Shown here piece by piece: positions 36,038 to 50,935 of a stretch of 64,000 nt of DNA. The translations under genes and the position numbers were made by a program. A model generated the notes under the pieces. That model was not told the origin of the DNA, made no database searches, and saw only the letters and a program-made list of their open reading frames with translations. The DNA is from Nemertoderma westbladi. Lineage: Eukaryota > Animalia > Xenacoelomorpha. The DNA is taken from NCBI GenBank assembly GCA_032718475.1, contig JAUCBJ010001712.1, positions 39,091 through 103,090 on the forward strand, written 5' to 3'. Position 1 is the stretch's first letter, and each line of letters opens with the position of its first letter.

Positions 36038-38320
36038 TGTTGTGTCCTCTACGGTAGGGACTACCCTACAGCCTACAAATCTACTAATACGAAGCTATAG
36101 AATATCTCTATCCGTAAAGTCCAGTAGTATACCGCTTACCAGATCCTAGTAACGATGTATCTTACTATAAGACTCTAGTAATGAAACGGGCTCGTACAGT
36201 ATCTGACAACAAATCCCAGTCCAGGATATCTAAACAAACAGATACAATACACAAACTACTACTGGCGAGGAGCAGAGCCTGGTGTCTATTCTAGGTACGT
36301 GGGCGGGTCTAATGCCTACGTACTAGACAAAAGGATACCTGTCCTCTAACCGGTATGGCAGATGTACAGTTACAGTAACAGACCAAACTCACGGGAAAAC
36401 AATCCCCGCGCAGCGAATCCTAACTATCGCTGACAGTCCTAAATACAGTAACTTGCCGCGGTGTGATTTATATGGTTTATATACGAGCTAGGTGGGTTAC
36501 AGCCCTAGCGTAACAATACTGATCCCCCTGTCTGAATCAGCCTAAAAAGGGTCGTGCCTAAATGTAACGATAACTGATCCCCCTGTACGAAATCAGTCTA
36601 AAAGGTCAGGCCTAAATGTAACAATAACTGCTGCGCAGAAAACAACAGTTTTATAACGAAAATGAAATACTCCCTCTTGCCGTAACTAAATGTCTGATCC
36701 TAATTTACAAATACAGATAATTTCTGCCTAAAGTAATCTAAAGTGCGCTATAACTAGTAGAAACTCTAAGGGTAAATATGTTTTAGGGCGTGTGTGTGTG
36801 GGTGTGTTACAAATAAAACAATTTTGGTGTTATCTTTTCACTAGGTTTTAGTAATTCTCTGACCGAAACAATACCGTGCGCTAGCTACTAAAATAAACTA
36901 GTCGCGTTTTGTAGAACTTTATACTCACAAATGACGTCAAAGCTCTCTCCTTCCTATCCACAACTCAAATGGGCAACCACGGTGTTAGTAACTACACCCG
37001 TGATCGGCACAAATACCAGATTCTGGTTGTAAGATAAGAAATAGGGATTAATTGCTACCGTACGTTAGCTGATCTGGTATACGAATTTGATTCTAGAACT
37101 TTGTTGCCGCGGTAGTTAGCAGCAATACCTATCAGTACGTGGCAAGGCGCGGTAGGATATTAATAAAAACCTCCCTAGGCCAAGCGGTGTGCCGGTAGCA
37201 GAAATACTCCTTGCCTGATCAAATAACCAACTTCAGGCAGGGGGGGGGGGGGTACTAATGTATGCTCTACAAAGCGAACCGGTACCAAACGGTCAGTACT
37301 GCGAATCACTAAATTATGGAACATATGCTGTCTGTACCTAATATGTACTCGCGTACTGACGGACGGCAATAATTCGCTTCTTCCTACTTACCTGTGAGGT
37401 ATACAGGTAACCCAGGGGTTCGCAGGACTGGCAAAGGGGGGGGGGGGGGGGGGGGTGGTTTCTGCCTAAAATATAGTTATTTGATCCTAAATTTGCGGCG
37501 TCCCAGGACGACGTCACGCTTACCCTGATCTATAGGTCTTACGGCGGGCAAGGGCGTCAAACAAAGTCTTACCTTCCTCATAAAGCGGGCGCTGCATGGC
37601 ATGTGGAGCATTTCGAAGGGCGAAGGGGGTGTGCGGTTCAAGTTAACGTGGGCGCTAGCGTGTTGTGGACATCTTTTCCCTGCATTGCTGACGGCCTAAC
37701 GGTCTAGGCGGTCATCTTCCCGATGTTTGGCTGTCCCAAAGTTGGACCAAAGAAAAACATGTTCAGGAATTTACAAATATATTTACAGTTTACGACTTTA
37801 TCAAACAGAATTGCAAAGTTTCAACAAGAAACATAATAAACTGAAGTTAAGTTTGAGACAAGTGATACTAATAGTGAAGAGTAGTAGTACTAACTAAGAA
37901 TGGTGATAACCGAAGGCAAACCAGCCTTTTTATACTAAATCTGGGACATAGAATTCACTAGAACCTTCGAGAGTATTCGATGGCCTCACATTGGAGCAAT
38001 AAGATATTCCATACCTTATGATTGGCCTAACTCATCGTTCGATACGTTGTACGCTCCTCATTGGCTTACCAATTTGTACCAAATGAAAATAAATGGCCCC
38101 AAAATGCAAATTTCCCGACCAAGATTTGAACTCGTAACCTATGTAATGCAACCAACGCCTTAACCATCTGACCACTACGCCACGAGAGTAACTAGGGGTT
38201 TGATGTATACAAATATGAATAGGCATATTACATTACTGAAACTTAATCAAAGTGCGTCGGATTTTTGAAAGTTTTTTACGTTATACTACAAATGCTATCC
38301 TATAGTGAAATAATTCATCA
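36038..38320 (-). repeat. 5' LTR of element A (2283 bp)
   Basis: Near-identical to 14603-16959; followed by TSD AAGAT. Confidence 0.95.
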
Positions 38321-38985
38321 AAGATGTATACAACTACGTATGCAAAACACGATGGTATTATGTATGCAAATATGCAAACACGCGTGTACAAACACAGTTA
38401 AAATTATAGGTCTCTTATGACTTGAGAGAACCTACAGTATATAAGATGTTAAAATGCTTAAGAATGTTGGTTTAAACGTATTGTATATTATCATAAGTAT
38501 ATATGTTGATAATTGTATTGCACTGCATATAAACAACGAAAGGATTTGGCAAACAAGACAGGCTTATATTAATGCCGCCTCCTTTCGTTGATGTTTAATA
38601 ATTGGTATAAAGGGCGAAAGTATAGAATTAGAATCACAAAGCTAACATTAAGAATTAAAAAAACAGTGGGTGATGGAAACGACATTTGACAATTTTGAAT
38701 AGAAATAGTATACACATATAATAATAACAGATACTTGTAAGGTGATGTAGGGCCTAGTACCAGCGTTGATAAAAATAATTAAAGAAAAATAAAGAAAGCA
38801 CTTACAGAGAGAATAGGACTGTCATTTATTTATTGAAAATTCTTGTCAATGACGGAGGTGGCGATACGAATTAAATTAAATTAATTAATTACGTTAGGGT
38901 GAAAAACAATGTCACTTGAATATTTCAAACTCGCAAACTATCGAAATATAATTACGTTGAATAATTCAACAAACATATATATTTT

Positions 38986-40292
38986 TTAGTACCCGAGATC
39001 ACTAAAACGTCCGGTGGCTGTAATGAAAGTCTCAACGGCTTCAATAAGAGTGTGCAGGTCAGAAATATTACCATTGCTTGGGCCATACAGGACATTTTGT
39101 ATCGAAAACGTTAGGGCCAAATCTCTAAACGAGTTCTCCAGAACAAGATGGTGTACATCATATAATGGACAGAAGAGAAAGAAATGTTTGGCGTTTTCGT
39201 GGTCGTTGCCACAGGAACAGCAAGAATTATTAGCAAGATGATTGTTAAACAAGTTATCCTTAAGAGTGCTGCAGGAACGCCATAATCTAGCTAGCAGACC
39301 GTTAATCGCAAATGATCCCAGTGAAAAATAACGAGGGACAATTCTTGGTCGGAACTGCTGGTATTCACGTAAATTAATCTTAAAACTTTGGATCGTTTGG
39401 GATTCTCTAATGTAGTTAGGGAGTTCATGCCACAGTTTCACCGTGCTGTATATGAAAGATCGTTGGCAACACGTGGAGCGAGCTAAGGGGAGTCTATAAT
39501 CAGAAGATGAGCGAACACTATAAGGATTGACCTCGCTTATGCGGGAGGGTAAGCGGTCTCTAATGTGTTTCCGTGCAAAACCATGGGACAGCTTAAAACA
39601 ACTACACAACTTCATGGTACTTCGCCTTATTTGTAGGGTCTGGATACCTGACTCAGCATAAAGATCAGCCGAACTAAAAGATAATATGAGTTTGCAGATT
39701 ATACGAATTGCCTCTTTATTTAATAGTTCAAGATTAGTTTTCCAGTACTGTGCACAGCCGTCCCAAAGGTTACAGGCGTATTCTAAACATGGTCTAACGA
39801 AAGAGCTATAAATAATTCCTAGAGCCCGCCTACTTAATTTATACTTAACAGTTCTGAGGAAGTTTAGTCTAGTTCGGACTTTAGATATTATAGCCTCAAT
39901 ATGATTGTTCCACTTGAGATCGGACTGAAGTGTTACTCCCAAATGTTTGTGGCTGGATACTTCAGTGATAGGATCACCATGAAGACGCAGTGGAAAATAA
40001 CCTACAAGAGACTGGTCTCTCCTGGTTACTGTCATGGCCTCTGTTTTGCTTGGATTGTAGTCAATTAGCCAATAATTACCCTAGTTGCCAATGTCTACAA
40101 GATCGCTATTAAGTTGAGTACAAGCCAAGTGAGGATCTTCCACATCAATATGAAGCGTTGTGTCATCCGCAAAAAGTTTCATTGGGGTTGTAGTAACATC
40201 AACAATATCATTAATGAAAGCCAAGAAGAGTAGAGGGCCTAGTACTGAACCTTGGGGCACTCCTGTTTCGACCTTTAACCACTCAACAATAT
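38986..40292 (-). pseudogene. 5'-truncated LINE (CR1/L2/Jockey-like) reverse transcriptase
   Basis: GVPQGSVLGPLLF, LFADDT, KHLGVTL, VRPCLEYA, C-terminal CSCG...HFFLFCP; stop at 40081. Confidence 0.88.
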
Positions 40293-41274
40293 CGTGGGTA
40301 AGAAGGCAGAAAAAGCGGCGAGAAGCGAAACCGACGGCGGTTATAATACCAATTGTCTGGCCATTAACGAGAAGGGAACTTATCTGGATTCTGTGTGCGT
40401 GTGGATTATCGCAGTTACACCCCATGAGTCTACCACGAGAAGGAATATACCAACGTGCGCCTGCCCTCCGAGGGTATATACTCAAACGCGGACGCCGCCT
40501 CCTTCCCAAGATTAATGTAAGTAATAATTTCAACAATTAACATAATAACAATAAATTACTAAGGCTTCACTGGCTTCATGGCTCGACCTATTTTTTCATC
40601 AAATCACAGTATAACCGAGTTATTGGCAATCAAAAATTTATGTTGGTGGCAGACGGCGATAAGACAACTCACCGATGGCACTTATATGCTTTCACACACT
40701 TCATGGCTCGCCCCCTCCACATATAAGTAGAATAATCAAATTAAAAATAATATTATAAATACCTTATACTCACTTCGCGGCTCGCCCCCACAACTTATTG
40801 CTTGACAATAACTGTAGAATTGCAATATTGGTAGCCACCGTTAGTCTGTGTTTATTCACCTTTTTTAGTTGTTGCGTCTGTAATAGTCTATCATGTTAAA
40901 GACTTTATAACAAACGTCTGCGACCCACTTACTATATTGGGTTTTACCTATTGCGGTTCAAGGTCAAACGCCAACCGGTAGACACGAATTAATTAAATTA
41001 CTTCCGTCTGCGGACTGGCCTTATACCACATATGTCACATATACACAGTGGTGACATATGTTACATATGCACAATGGTAACCATAGTAAGTGGGCGGGGC
41101 AACACAATGGTAATCATAGTAAGTAGGCGGGGCAAGAGCCGTTCGGCAAATTCTTTAACATGGTAGACTATGGCAGACGCTGTTTCATTTAAGTTGTTTA
41201 CCCTACTACTATAGTAGTAGCATAATGATTCATTAATAATACTGTAGCTCACAAATAGCACATATAAACATACA

Positions 41275-42231
41275 ATGTCTTACGCCACCAGCTTCAAGGA
41301 ATCTGTGTATGAATCAGCGGCATCCATTGAATATTATAGTTATCATTCAGAAACATTATCGGGGCCTTCCGAAGTAGAGAATAAAGAAATAGAAACACTA
41401 CCGAGTGAGGAGTTAATCATCTCAGAGCCGGTAGCCAATGAGGTTACTAGCCCCGGTCCAACAACGGATCAGAATCGTAAGAGACTCATAAAGAGGATTT
41501 GGTTTGTGGTTGTCGGAGCTATAATTATAGCCGCAGTTGAAGTTTTCGCATTGAGTATTTGTCGGTCCGGGATTCAAGGGTTGGCCTACATATCATAACA
41601 ACCACCCATTGGATGACTCATCAGATATCCCGACCATTTATCCCTGTAATAAAGGGGAAACTGGTTCGTACAATGATTCTTCAGCGTCGTTTAGCAGGAA
41701 GTTTAAATGTTATGGTCGTTGGATAACTATTCAGAAACGAAATAGTCAAAATGATTTTGATGGTGACTGGCCGTCGTACAAAGAATATTTTGGCGAAGGC
41801 GAAAATATGTGGATAGGTTTGGAGATAATTCATCACTTAACGGAAGAGGGCGCATGTGGACTTAGGTTGAGGTTTGGACTACCAATAAGTATCAGGCAAT
41901 TATGATAATAGTGGTTGATTCTGAGGATACAAACTACAAATTGACCTAGGAAGCGTTTTCTGAAAAGGGTGCTGGTGGAGTTGGAGGGGATGGCTTGCTG
42001 CTGCAAATGGGATTCAGTTCGACACCGGATAGAGATAACGATGGTGATTCATCCACAAATTTGGCGGAGCAATATACTGGTGGATGGTGGCACGTTAAAT
42101 CCAACCTCAACGGGCGCACAAATCAACTAAGTGGATGAAGCGGTCATTTTGGGGGCAACATGCCAAAAACTACGTGGAACTCACTAAGAAGAAAATGTAT
42201 GACAATGAGAACGACAATGCTAATTAAATAA
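41275..42231 (+). pseudogene. Intronless fibrinogen-C-domain (FReD) pseudogene with an N-terminal hydrophobic segment
   Basis: TM-like WFVVVGAIIIAAVEVFAL; WITIQKR, WPSYKEYFG, WIGLEIIHHLT, DRDND, GGWW, SNLNG; several stops and frameshifts. Confidence 0.8.
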
Positions 42232-42828
42232 ATTAAATATTTAAATAAACGACAGGCTGTTAATTATTTTCCAGGAGGCAACACTCAATTTTTTACTAAT
42301 TTTTTGTGCATCATCATTTTAAATTTCTGAACACATCATAGGTACAGTATAACCATATGTAATTCAATTCAATTCAATATTTTGAACAGTTTGTAACTGG
42401 CTTTTCAACCCTTTTCACTTCTCACCTTTACATATTTAGGGGAGCTTTGTACCCATGAGCCAAAATACCAGAACTCACAAACCTATTTCTTATCTGCCAT
42501 TAAGTTTACTGTTATATTAACAAATAAATAATGCATTGCAAAAGACTTTGTTGGCACTATCAGTGAATAAACTTAACCAAGATCGTCCGCAACGTCTATA
42601 TCAGTCAGAATCTCAACTAAGCTCGTAAACTACCTAGTAGCTGAGGCTCTTACTATCTAGACCTAATCTGTACAGAGGCTGGTTGCCCATTAAGGGCAAC
42701 TATGGGCAACTTCTCTACTCGGGAACCTCGGAATTGTCGATACATCGTGAAATACTGTATGAATTTAATTCTCGTTTATACTGATATTTGCAACAACTTA
42801 AAGAGCTGTAAGTTCCACTAGAGGTGGA

Positions 42829-44775
42829 TGATGGCACCTCAGTACTCTGTAACGCATTGTACCACATAATATATAATTATATTCTCATAAATGCCGTGGA
42901 TTTTCAAAATTTATTTTGTTCGAATTAACTTTGCTATAAATATTACATTAAGTCCTCATTTGCATTTCAGTATATCTATTTGTATGACATTGTTCAAGTG
43001 GTTCAGTAGCTCAGTCGGTTAAGCGTTGGAAATTCGTGTAGTAGGTATTGAGTTCGAATCCTAGTAGGTGCGAATTATTTTTTGTGCAGAGTTTCAACTC
43101 ATTTAAATTAACCGCTACAAATTAAATTGCATTTGCTCAAGGTAGATTAACCAATAGGATTGCAGTTATTAGATAGTAACCAATGTCGTACAAGATACGT
43201 GTTTGCTGGACCAATAGTTATCTTTAAAAACCTATTAGAACTCATAGAACAATCTAGATTTATCTCGATTGATTGCAGCACAAATTTGCTATAAAAGGTG
43301 CGATTTTGTTCATTAGTTATTCTTTCTCAGTGCATTATACTCTTAGCATAGTATCTTAGTATTGTTTATTGTATATTAGTTTTGTAATAAAAGTTAGAAA
43401 TACTTCTTACATCTGCCCTTTTCCTACTATGTTTCACCACGGTGAATCCAACTGAGGGAGAGATGGCTGGCTAAACATCGGGCCACAGCAATGAACGAGA
43501 ACATCTGAGGAATGTAGAAGGAGACAACCCGCAATATCACTCTTAGTTATTCGCCCATCCCCTGAAAGGTTAGACAGCGTTCAATGCCTTGCTACCTAAG
43601 TGTAAGACCAAAGATCGAAGGTAGAGGCAGTGACACGCTGTGCGCTAAAAATTACATCTAGGGACCGTACTGTCTTAATTCAGAGAAAACCCGCAGTAGA
43701 CCTTCACATTCCTACGGGGGGAGAGCAGGCAGAGATACTAGTACACAGATAGGACGCAGGCACACCGGTACAAGGCATACCCATTGGTAGGGTGCAGCAA
43801 ACTGTACGCCTAACTCTTGCTAAGTACAGGTGCGTCGGTGACTGTTTGTAGTACAACGGTGTCCATTGCATTAGAACTTGTAGGCTAGAAGGGTTACTGT
43901 GTTTTACCTGAATTAGGATTGTACCGTTCAGGCGGTAGGGCAGTTTATTACTAGGCGCAAAAATAAATTGAGGCTATTAGGGATACTAACATCTACCGTG
44001 TCCCCGCCAACATTCTGTTAGGAAGTTGCCGCGCCCATCTAGGCAACCCAAATTCTAGATAAGAACACCAGGCTAGCTATTTGTAACTGTACGCCTACTG
44101 TAGTAAACTAACACATTTCTTCTTAGTATTAGGGACCTGGTAAATTAAATTGCCGAATTCTGGGCGTAGTATTAACCTTATGCCTGAATTTGAGTCCTGG
44201 ACATACACGAAAGGGGAAGGAGCCTTATCATTCGTGAGTATTGGACCTACAAGTTACAAAATTAGAATATTTGTAAAATGCACACTGGACCCAGTAATTA
44301 TATATGTGAAGGAGCAAAACTGACTTTGACTGTTTAGAATCAAGACTCACACGCGTTAGAAATTATTTACACCTCAAAATATATAAAATAACTTTTGTCC
44401 GTACTGCGCTTTGCCCGCTAGTTAGACATCTCTGCACCTAGCTAGCATCTTTCTATCCCAACCATATAAATCACACCGCGGCAAAGTATACGAGCCCCTT
44501 AGTACGTCAGTGAGTCAGCCTGATTTTAGGATTCGCTGCGCGGGATTTTGTTTTATCGAAGTTTGTCTGTTCGTAGACTGTTTTCTGCCTCACCGGTTAT
44601 AAGAGACCGATACTGCAATATATATTCGCTTACTTAGAGTTTACTGTTTTGGTGAGAAGGTCGGATTTATGATTTGATTCACAAACTTTACAGTAAGATA
44701 TTGCAGGGTATTTTGTTACTGTCTCTTCGCATAGTAGGAATGTGTTTTACTGAACTACGGTTCGGTAGGACTAAA
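42829..44775 (+). repeat. Putative 5' LTR of element B (boundaries approximate)
   Basis: tRNA-like A/B boxes, three CCAAT boxes and TATAAAA (~43290), blocks CATATAAATCACACCGCGGCAA and TTAGGATTCGCTGCGCGGG shared with LTR A. Confidence 0.6.
43000..43083 (+). ncRNA. tRNA-like Pol III cassette in LTR B
   Basis: A box TAGCTCAGTCGG (43007-43018), B box GAGTTCGAATCC (43050-43061), T6 run (43078-43083). Confidence 0.6.
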
Positions 44776-45573
44776 GTTATTTGAAAATTTTTGTATTTTG
44801 AGGTAAAAGTTTATATTTGATTGGAAGTGCATTGGTGGTCGGAAGTGATTGGATTGAAGTGCTAATTTTTTGAAATAAAATTTTGATTTGAACCGCGTGT
44901 AAAATATTTGGAATTGAATACCGGTGTTTAAAAAGGGTTTAAATACCATATTGTACCGGTACAAAATTTTCGTAAAAGTAAAACCTAACTCTTTTGTTTT
45001 TCAGGATTCAGAGCTCATTTCTAGACTGTAACGAGAGCAAGACCGTGTTTAGCAAGTTTGGGAGATAGATAACTCAACAACTTTGGTTGGGAAAATCGCA
45101 CTTCGTCCGCAATGCTGGAAACGGAAAGGTTCACGTCCTGTTTGTATCTGGGAATCTGTTTTTCTGGAGAATCATTGGAGGGGGTGAGTTCGAAAAGTTG
45201 CATAAATCAGTTAGGCATTACCGTATTAGTTAAAATTATTGTGGGTTCCACTGTCTCAAGTATTTATGCATTCCGTATGATTTCTTTGTTTATTGCTGAA
45301 TTAGTCCGTATTATTGTATTTAATTTACCTTTTGATAACGCATATCGTTATCCGATTTATTTGTTATAAAATTGGCCGCTAGGCTAATTTTATTATATAC
45401 TTATTCCGTGACATTTATTTGCTGTAAAATTGGCCGCTAGGCTAATTTTATCCATCTGCTATAAAATCGGCCGGTAGGCTAATTTTATATGACTGTAATT
45501 AATACCGTTTAGAAATAAAATACGGTAAGTTTGATACTTTGACACTCACTTTACTTGACTTACAACTACCGAA

Positions 45574-48500
45574 ATGAGTGACAAACAAGACTATATGAAG
45601 AATACACAAACCGACTATGACTCATGTGACGCGGATAAGTCAGAAGCGGAAGAACCACAGGGGAAGACTCGTGAGCCTACCGAACCTACACCGTGCGCGT
45701 CACCAGTACGGTCATCCAACGGGAGTACCGGATGCCGTAGTACGAGGCGACGGCAGGACTGAGGATTTTCTAACGGTCCCGCAACCTAGACACAGGGAAA
45801 CGGACATGGTAAGTTCAGCAGGAAGCCAGGAGAGTGTGGTTAGAAGCGTCGGAGGATACATGGCGCATTACTAGGAGTATTGGAGAAGGGCAACGCATAT
45901 TAGACGAGTTGACCGCTCCGATGTCTCGGTTCGAGTTCTACACCCTACAGGTTAGAGTACAGAGTAAAGTACATAAGTCTGTAGATAATCTAATTGGTCT
46001 ACAAGATCTAGCTAGACAGAGACAGGATATGGACACACAGTTTAGAATCCTCGAGAAATTAATGATCGCTAGAGAGAAACTGATTCAGTTTAAGACGACC
46101 GTTAGACAGATACAACAGGAACAAGCGGACCAGTTATTAGGTGAGCCGGTTTCCGACGAGTTATTACCGCCCGAGGAAGAACAGGAACTGTACCGACTGG
46201 ATGGACAATTGAAACATCTGACGGATCACTTACGTATGTGCGCCGAAGACATCGGCGATTTGGAAACCGTGCCGGAATATACGAGGGAAACTTCACCCGT
46301 ACAAATCGAACCGGCACCGGGAATACTGGACCAGTCATTAGTGAGTATTCGCAGCGAAATTGGCGAGGTAAGTATAGTAACGTCAGAAATTTCTCGACAG
46401 CAACAATAGTACTATAGACAACAACGAGAAATTGAGGAACAAACTCAATTGTTAACGGTGCAAGCGGCAGTAGAGGAAGAGAAACTACGCGTTGCGAATG
46501 TTGCGAGAATCTCTCCTCTGCAAGAACAAGCCGAGTTGGAAGCAGCCGAGATGGAAAAGTTAGAGTTGGACATTGCACAACAAACGGCAGCAGCCGAGTT
46601 AGCGCAACAAACGGCAGCGGCAGCGGCCGAGTTAGCGCAACAAACAGCAGCAGCCGAGTTAGAGCGACAAACGGCAGCGGCAGCGGCCGAGTTAGAGCGA
46701 CAAAGGCTAGTTTCAGAAGCGAGAGCCGAAATGAAAAAACGGCAAATAAAGGCTCAATCAGCTATACGACTAGTGGAGTTCGAGGCGCAACAGCAACAGA
46801 CGGAACAACGCGAGAAGGAAGTTAAACTTCATTTCGAACTCGAGAAGAAGGCGAGAGAATTAGCCAACGCTAAGGAAGATCTGGATCTTCAAGCCCGCGA
46901 TCGATCAATGAGATCTCGAGACGGACACAATCTAGACCGGTTAGAGGTAAGACATCGTCAAATTCAGGAACGAATGAAGGAAGGAAGCGTAGGAGCACCT
47001 GAGCGAGAACGGGAATTGGTTAAAGACTTATGTCAACGATTTCCGCAAGTAACTCCAATGTTCGCACCAATTACGAATAAAGGACCTGTTTCAATTGCTG
47101 GTAGTAGCAGTATATCTCCTATACACAATGCAACGGAACACAGGTATGTTATTCCGGACAAGTTTGTACCGCCGAGAGCAACGTCATCGCCTATTCCGAG
47201 AGTCAAGGTAAGTAACCCGCCGATTACCGATCGTAGTAGTTTATTAGTCGGACCCACATTAATGACGACTAAACAGGTGAGTCAACCTTCGACACCTAAA
47301 CCTGTGACACACTACGTAAACTCAATCGTATTCAGGCCTTCAAGGCCGTTAGACTCAAACGCCAGACGACCACAAATTCAGTTTACATCGCAATCTACGA
47401 CTTCGAGGAAGACCTGCGAGCCTACCGAACAACGGAGACCAGTGGATACGCGACCGCTTAACCAGTTTAACCAGTTTACATCGCAATCTACGACTTCGAG
47501 GAAGACCTGCGAGCCTACCGAACAACGGAGACCAGTGGATACGCGACCGCTTAACCAGTTTAACCAGTTTACATCGCAATCTACGACTTCGAGGAAGACC
47601 TACGAGCCTACCGAACGACGGAAACCAGTAGACAATGTTCCGAAGCGGAATGTTAGAATTCAGACAACCCAACGGACGCAAGCACGTCGGCCACCGTATC
47701 CAGGTGATAGTAGTACTTCGAGTGAATCGGATTACCCGGAACGCGAAGTGTTTAGAATGGGAGCGGCCGATGAATATAAACGCGAACGTTCAGACAATTC
47801 CTTTATAGACAATCCTCCACAAAATACACCAACACAGAAAGCGTTACAACCAACGGACGCGATCAGTACACAACAATTCGCCGACATTCTGCGACCAGTT
47901 GTTAACAAGTTGGCTCAGATCGAGGAACGCTTGGAGGAAGTTCAAACCGATAGTTCGAGAAACACCGAATTCGAACACAATAGAAACCCGAAGGAACCGC
48001 AAAGAGTGATACCTTCAAGAACCACCTCGTATCAAAGAAAAGCGCCAAGACGGGAGAACATCAACTCGATTGCCAACCAAGGACGTGAAACTTTGAATGT
48101 AGCCGAGGAGATAGCTAAATTCGCAGCCAGACAAGGACTACCGGTGCAACAACCACCTAAGTTTTCCGGCAACTCCAAACATTGGCACACGTTCGTAGAC
48201 TAAATCGAATCTCAAATTGCGGCGTGCGCTTTTACCTCAAGGGAAAAGTTCAACTATCTGCTTCAAACCTTGACGGGAGAACCAAAACGCTTAGCGGAGA
48301 CTTTTGTTGGTGTACCAGATGCCTTCGAGTTAGCATACGATCGCTTAACTTCATCTACGGAGGTACAGTCAGCATGGCCAAGTCAGTGATAGAAGAACCC
48401 TGTAAGGGGGGGGGGGGGGGGGCTATTACAAAACCCGTCGACTTACTAAAGCTAGCTGACGAAATAAAAAACGCTATCACTACATTGAGATCTATTGGAC

Positions 48501-50507
48501 AACTCGATTACGGGAACACCCCTACAGTCCTATTAAAGATCATAGGAAGACTCCACCATCGACTTCGTCGGGAGTGGAGGAAGATCGAATACCAGCGCGA
48601 AGAACGGGGTGGATTCTTGAAACTGGAAGATGTGTACTTATTAATATCCAGGGAAGCAGTGGTGGAGACTCGATCCAACTACACTGACCAACACATCGTA
48701 GCAGAAGGAATCACCTTACCATCCTCAAACCGACAAAAACCCCAGACAACATCCACCAAGACGGCCACTTACGCCACATCGACCGAAACCCGACAATTTT
48801 CGGACGGTAGTAGAGTATCCGCACCTATTGGGATAAAACAGACCAGACAGCAACTGAGCACAGACTTTAGCGGTTGCCAATACTGCGAGCAGCTAGGCAA
48901 GCGGCACACCACTCACAAGTTAAGAGGTTGTCGGCTGTTTCGCGAGTTAAACTCGGAAGAACGACGGCTGCAGATACGGCCATTGGACTCTTGTTGGCGG
49001 TGTACTCAACACGGACACGTCCGCAAAGATTGTCCAAATACGGACACTTGTCCATCCTGTGGACGCAACCACGACGGTTTGCTCCATACGGACAGCCATA
49101 CGCCGACCAAACGCTTCACTAGGGAACACCCAGAAGCAGCAGCGAAATGCAATACGGCCTACAAGAACCGAGAATCGAGAACGACACCAACCTTCGTGAC
49201 GCATATTCGGGATTGTTTTCCGGAGCAGTCCGGGTCTTCAGATGAGGAAACCGAGGACGACGACGTATACTCAGATGGAGACGAACAACCATCGATTGCG
49301 CTTCTGACACCTGACCAACTAAAAGGATTCAGCGTAATTCCTATTAAGATTACTGGCACCAAAGGGAGCAAAAGGATCTACGCTATTCTAGATTCAGCCT
49401 CATCTCACAGCTATGTGGATGAGAAGGTAGCTGATGTCGTGACGGATCTCCAACAAGATAAGAACGTCAGTTACACCGTAAGTAGTATGCATGGCCAACG
49501 TGCAATACCAGTGACACGAGTTAAGTTAAACTTAGACACTCTTCTTCCGAAATCGCAACACAGTGAAAAGGAGAGGTCTTTGTTACCCTTTAAGGATTTA
49601 ACTTTTGCGGCCACAAAGGACTTTAGTCACCTACTGGGTCCAGTGCCGGAACAATCCTTAGAGGACCTTAAGTATTTCAGACACCTTGGTGTACCTGAAT
49701 GTCCTGTCAACTATAGATCAGTAGCAATGCTGATCGGGACAGATCAATTCAACTTACATCAAGTGTGGGAAACCAGACCATCAGTAGTCGTAGCAGGAAA
49801 TGCATACGCCTGTCGAACTCCGATAGGTTGGTATACTCGAGCGCCTGTGCGCACACTAGATATAAGTGATGAGGAAGACGATGTACAAAGTACATGTAGT
49901 TTATTAACTATGACTTCGACTCATTCCTTTTCACACGACAAGGACTATACTACACTACGTTCGACAAAACACGACAACGTTACAAGTACGACGTGTGTAG
50001 CGCGTACGATAAGTCACAAAGAGCAGCCTATCCACAAGGTTAGTATAAAGATTGAGAAGGAGCGGAGTCAGGCAGAGGTTCCATCAACGATAGATGATAA
50101 CGCCGGAAGGCTTGTGAGTCTACCTCAACCAATAACCTTAACAACGCCCGTCGATGACGACGCGTTAAGAAATCATCAAGTGGAACAAGCTGCACTGGAC
50201 AAGGAATTAACAGAGAAAACTATCAGGTGTTTGGAACAAGATACAGCAGAACCTGGTAGTTACGAACCATGTATGTTGGAACAAGAGAAACAATCTTTAA
50301 AGATCATGGAAGATACTATCCGCCAGACGAAAGACGGACATTATGAGGTAGGGATGCTATGGCGTAACCAACGTCCTAAACTTATAAATAACTATCCGCT
50401 AGCCTTAAGACGGTTACACTCAATACGACAACGTTTATTAAAGGACGAGAAAGCCCATCTGCAGTATAACACTCAGATGGAGACGTATTTGACGAAAGGA
50501 TACGCTA
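45574..50507 (+). pseudogene. Gag-protease region of element B, disrupted
   Basis: PPKFSG, CWRCTQHGHVRKDC, ILDSAS, GHYEVGMLW; homology to A stops at KGYA. Confidence 0.9.
47379..47633 (+). repeat. 93-bp in-frame tandem repeat in gag B (~2.7 copies)
   Basis: QFTSQSTTSRKT(C/Y)EPTE x3. Confidence 0.9.
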
Positions 50508-50935
50508 TGTTCGCGGTATTTCAACTTTCCATAACGCGAGTTGAATATTTTTGTATTTATTTAAAATTGATTATTCCGATATTACTACTGGGTGCGCGGG
50601 ACCATGGGTTTTGGGCACATTCAATAAACTGGGGGCGATTTATGGGCGAACTTTGGGGCAACTTACAGGGTACGGGAATAATTTCATAGTTATAAGGGCC
50701 AGGGGGGGATGGAAAATGCAAGCAGTATTCAGGTTAGCCTGAGTACTATTAGGCCCTGGCCAACTTCCTGCTGCCTGTAGGGGTGGATTTGGTAATGCGC
50801 CAGGCCTAAAGGACAAGGACTGCCCTTAGCGGTCCCTGGCCAACAGCAGCCATTACGAGACTGAAAAGAACTCGGACCGCTGACTGCTTGTGTCAGGGAT
50901 TTGCGACGGGAAACGACGGCCCCTTAGTAGCCAAG

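Larger units (their letters stand above)
14603..38320 (-). mobile_element. Full-length Bel/Pao LTR retrotransposon A (23.7 kb including nested P element), inactivated
   Basis: Matching LTRs with TG...CA ends, 5-bp TSD AAGAT (14598-14602, 38321-38325), PPT beside 16959, gag-PR-RT-RH-IN order. Confidence 0.95.
42829..50507 (+). mobile_element. Bel/Pao element B (relative of A): 5' LTR plus gag-PR, interrupted at 50507 by element C
   Basis: Protein colinear with A (TDYDSCD, ELTAPMSR.EFYTLQVR, GFSVIPIKITG); LTR shares blocks with LTR A; left boundary approximate. Confidence 0.85.
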
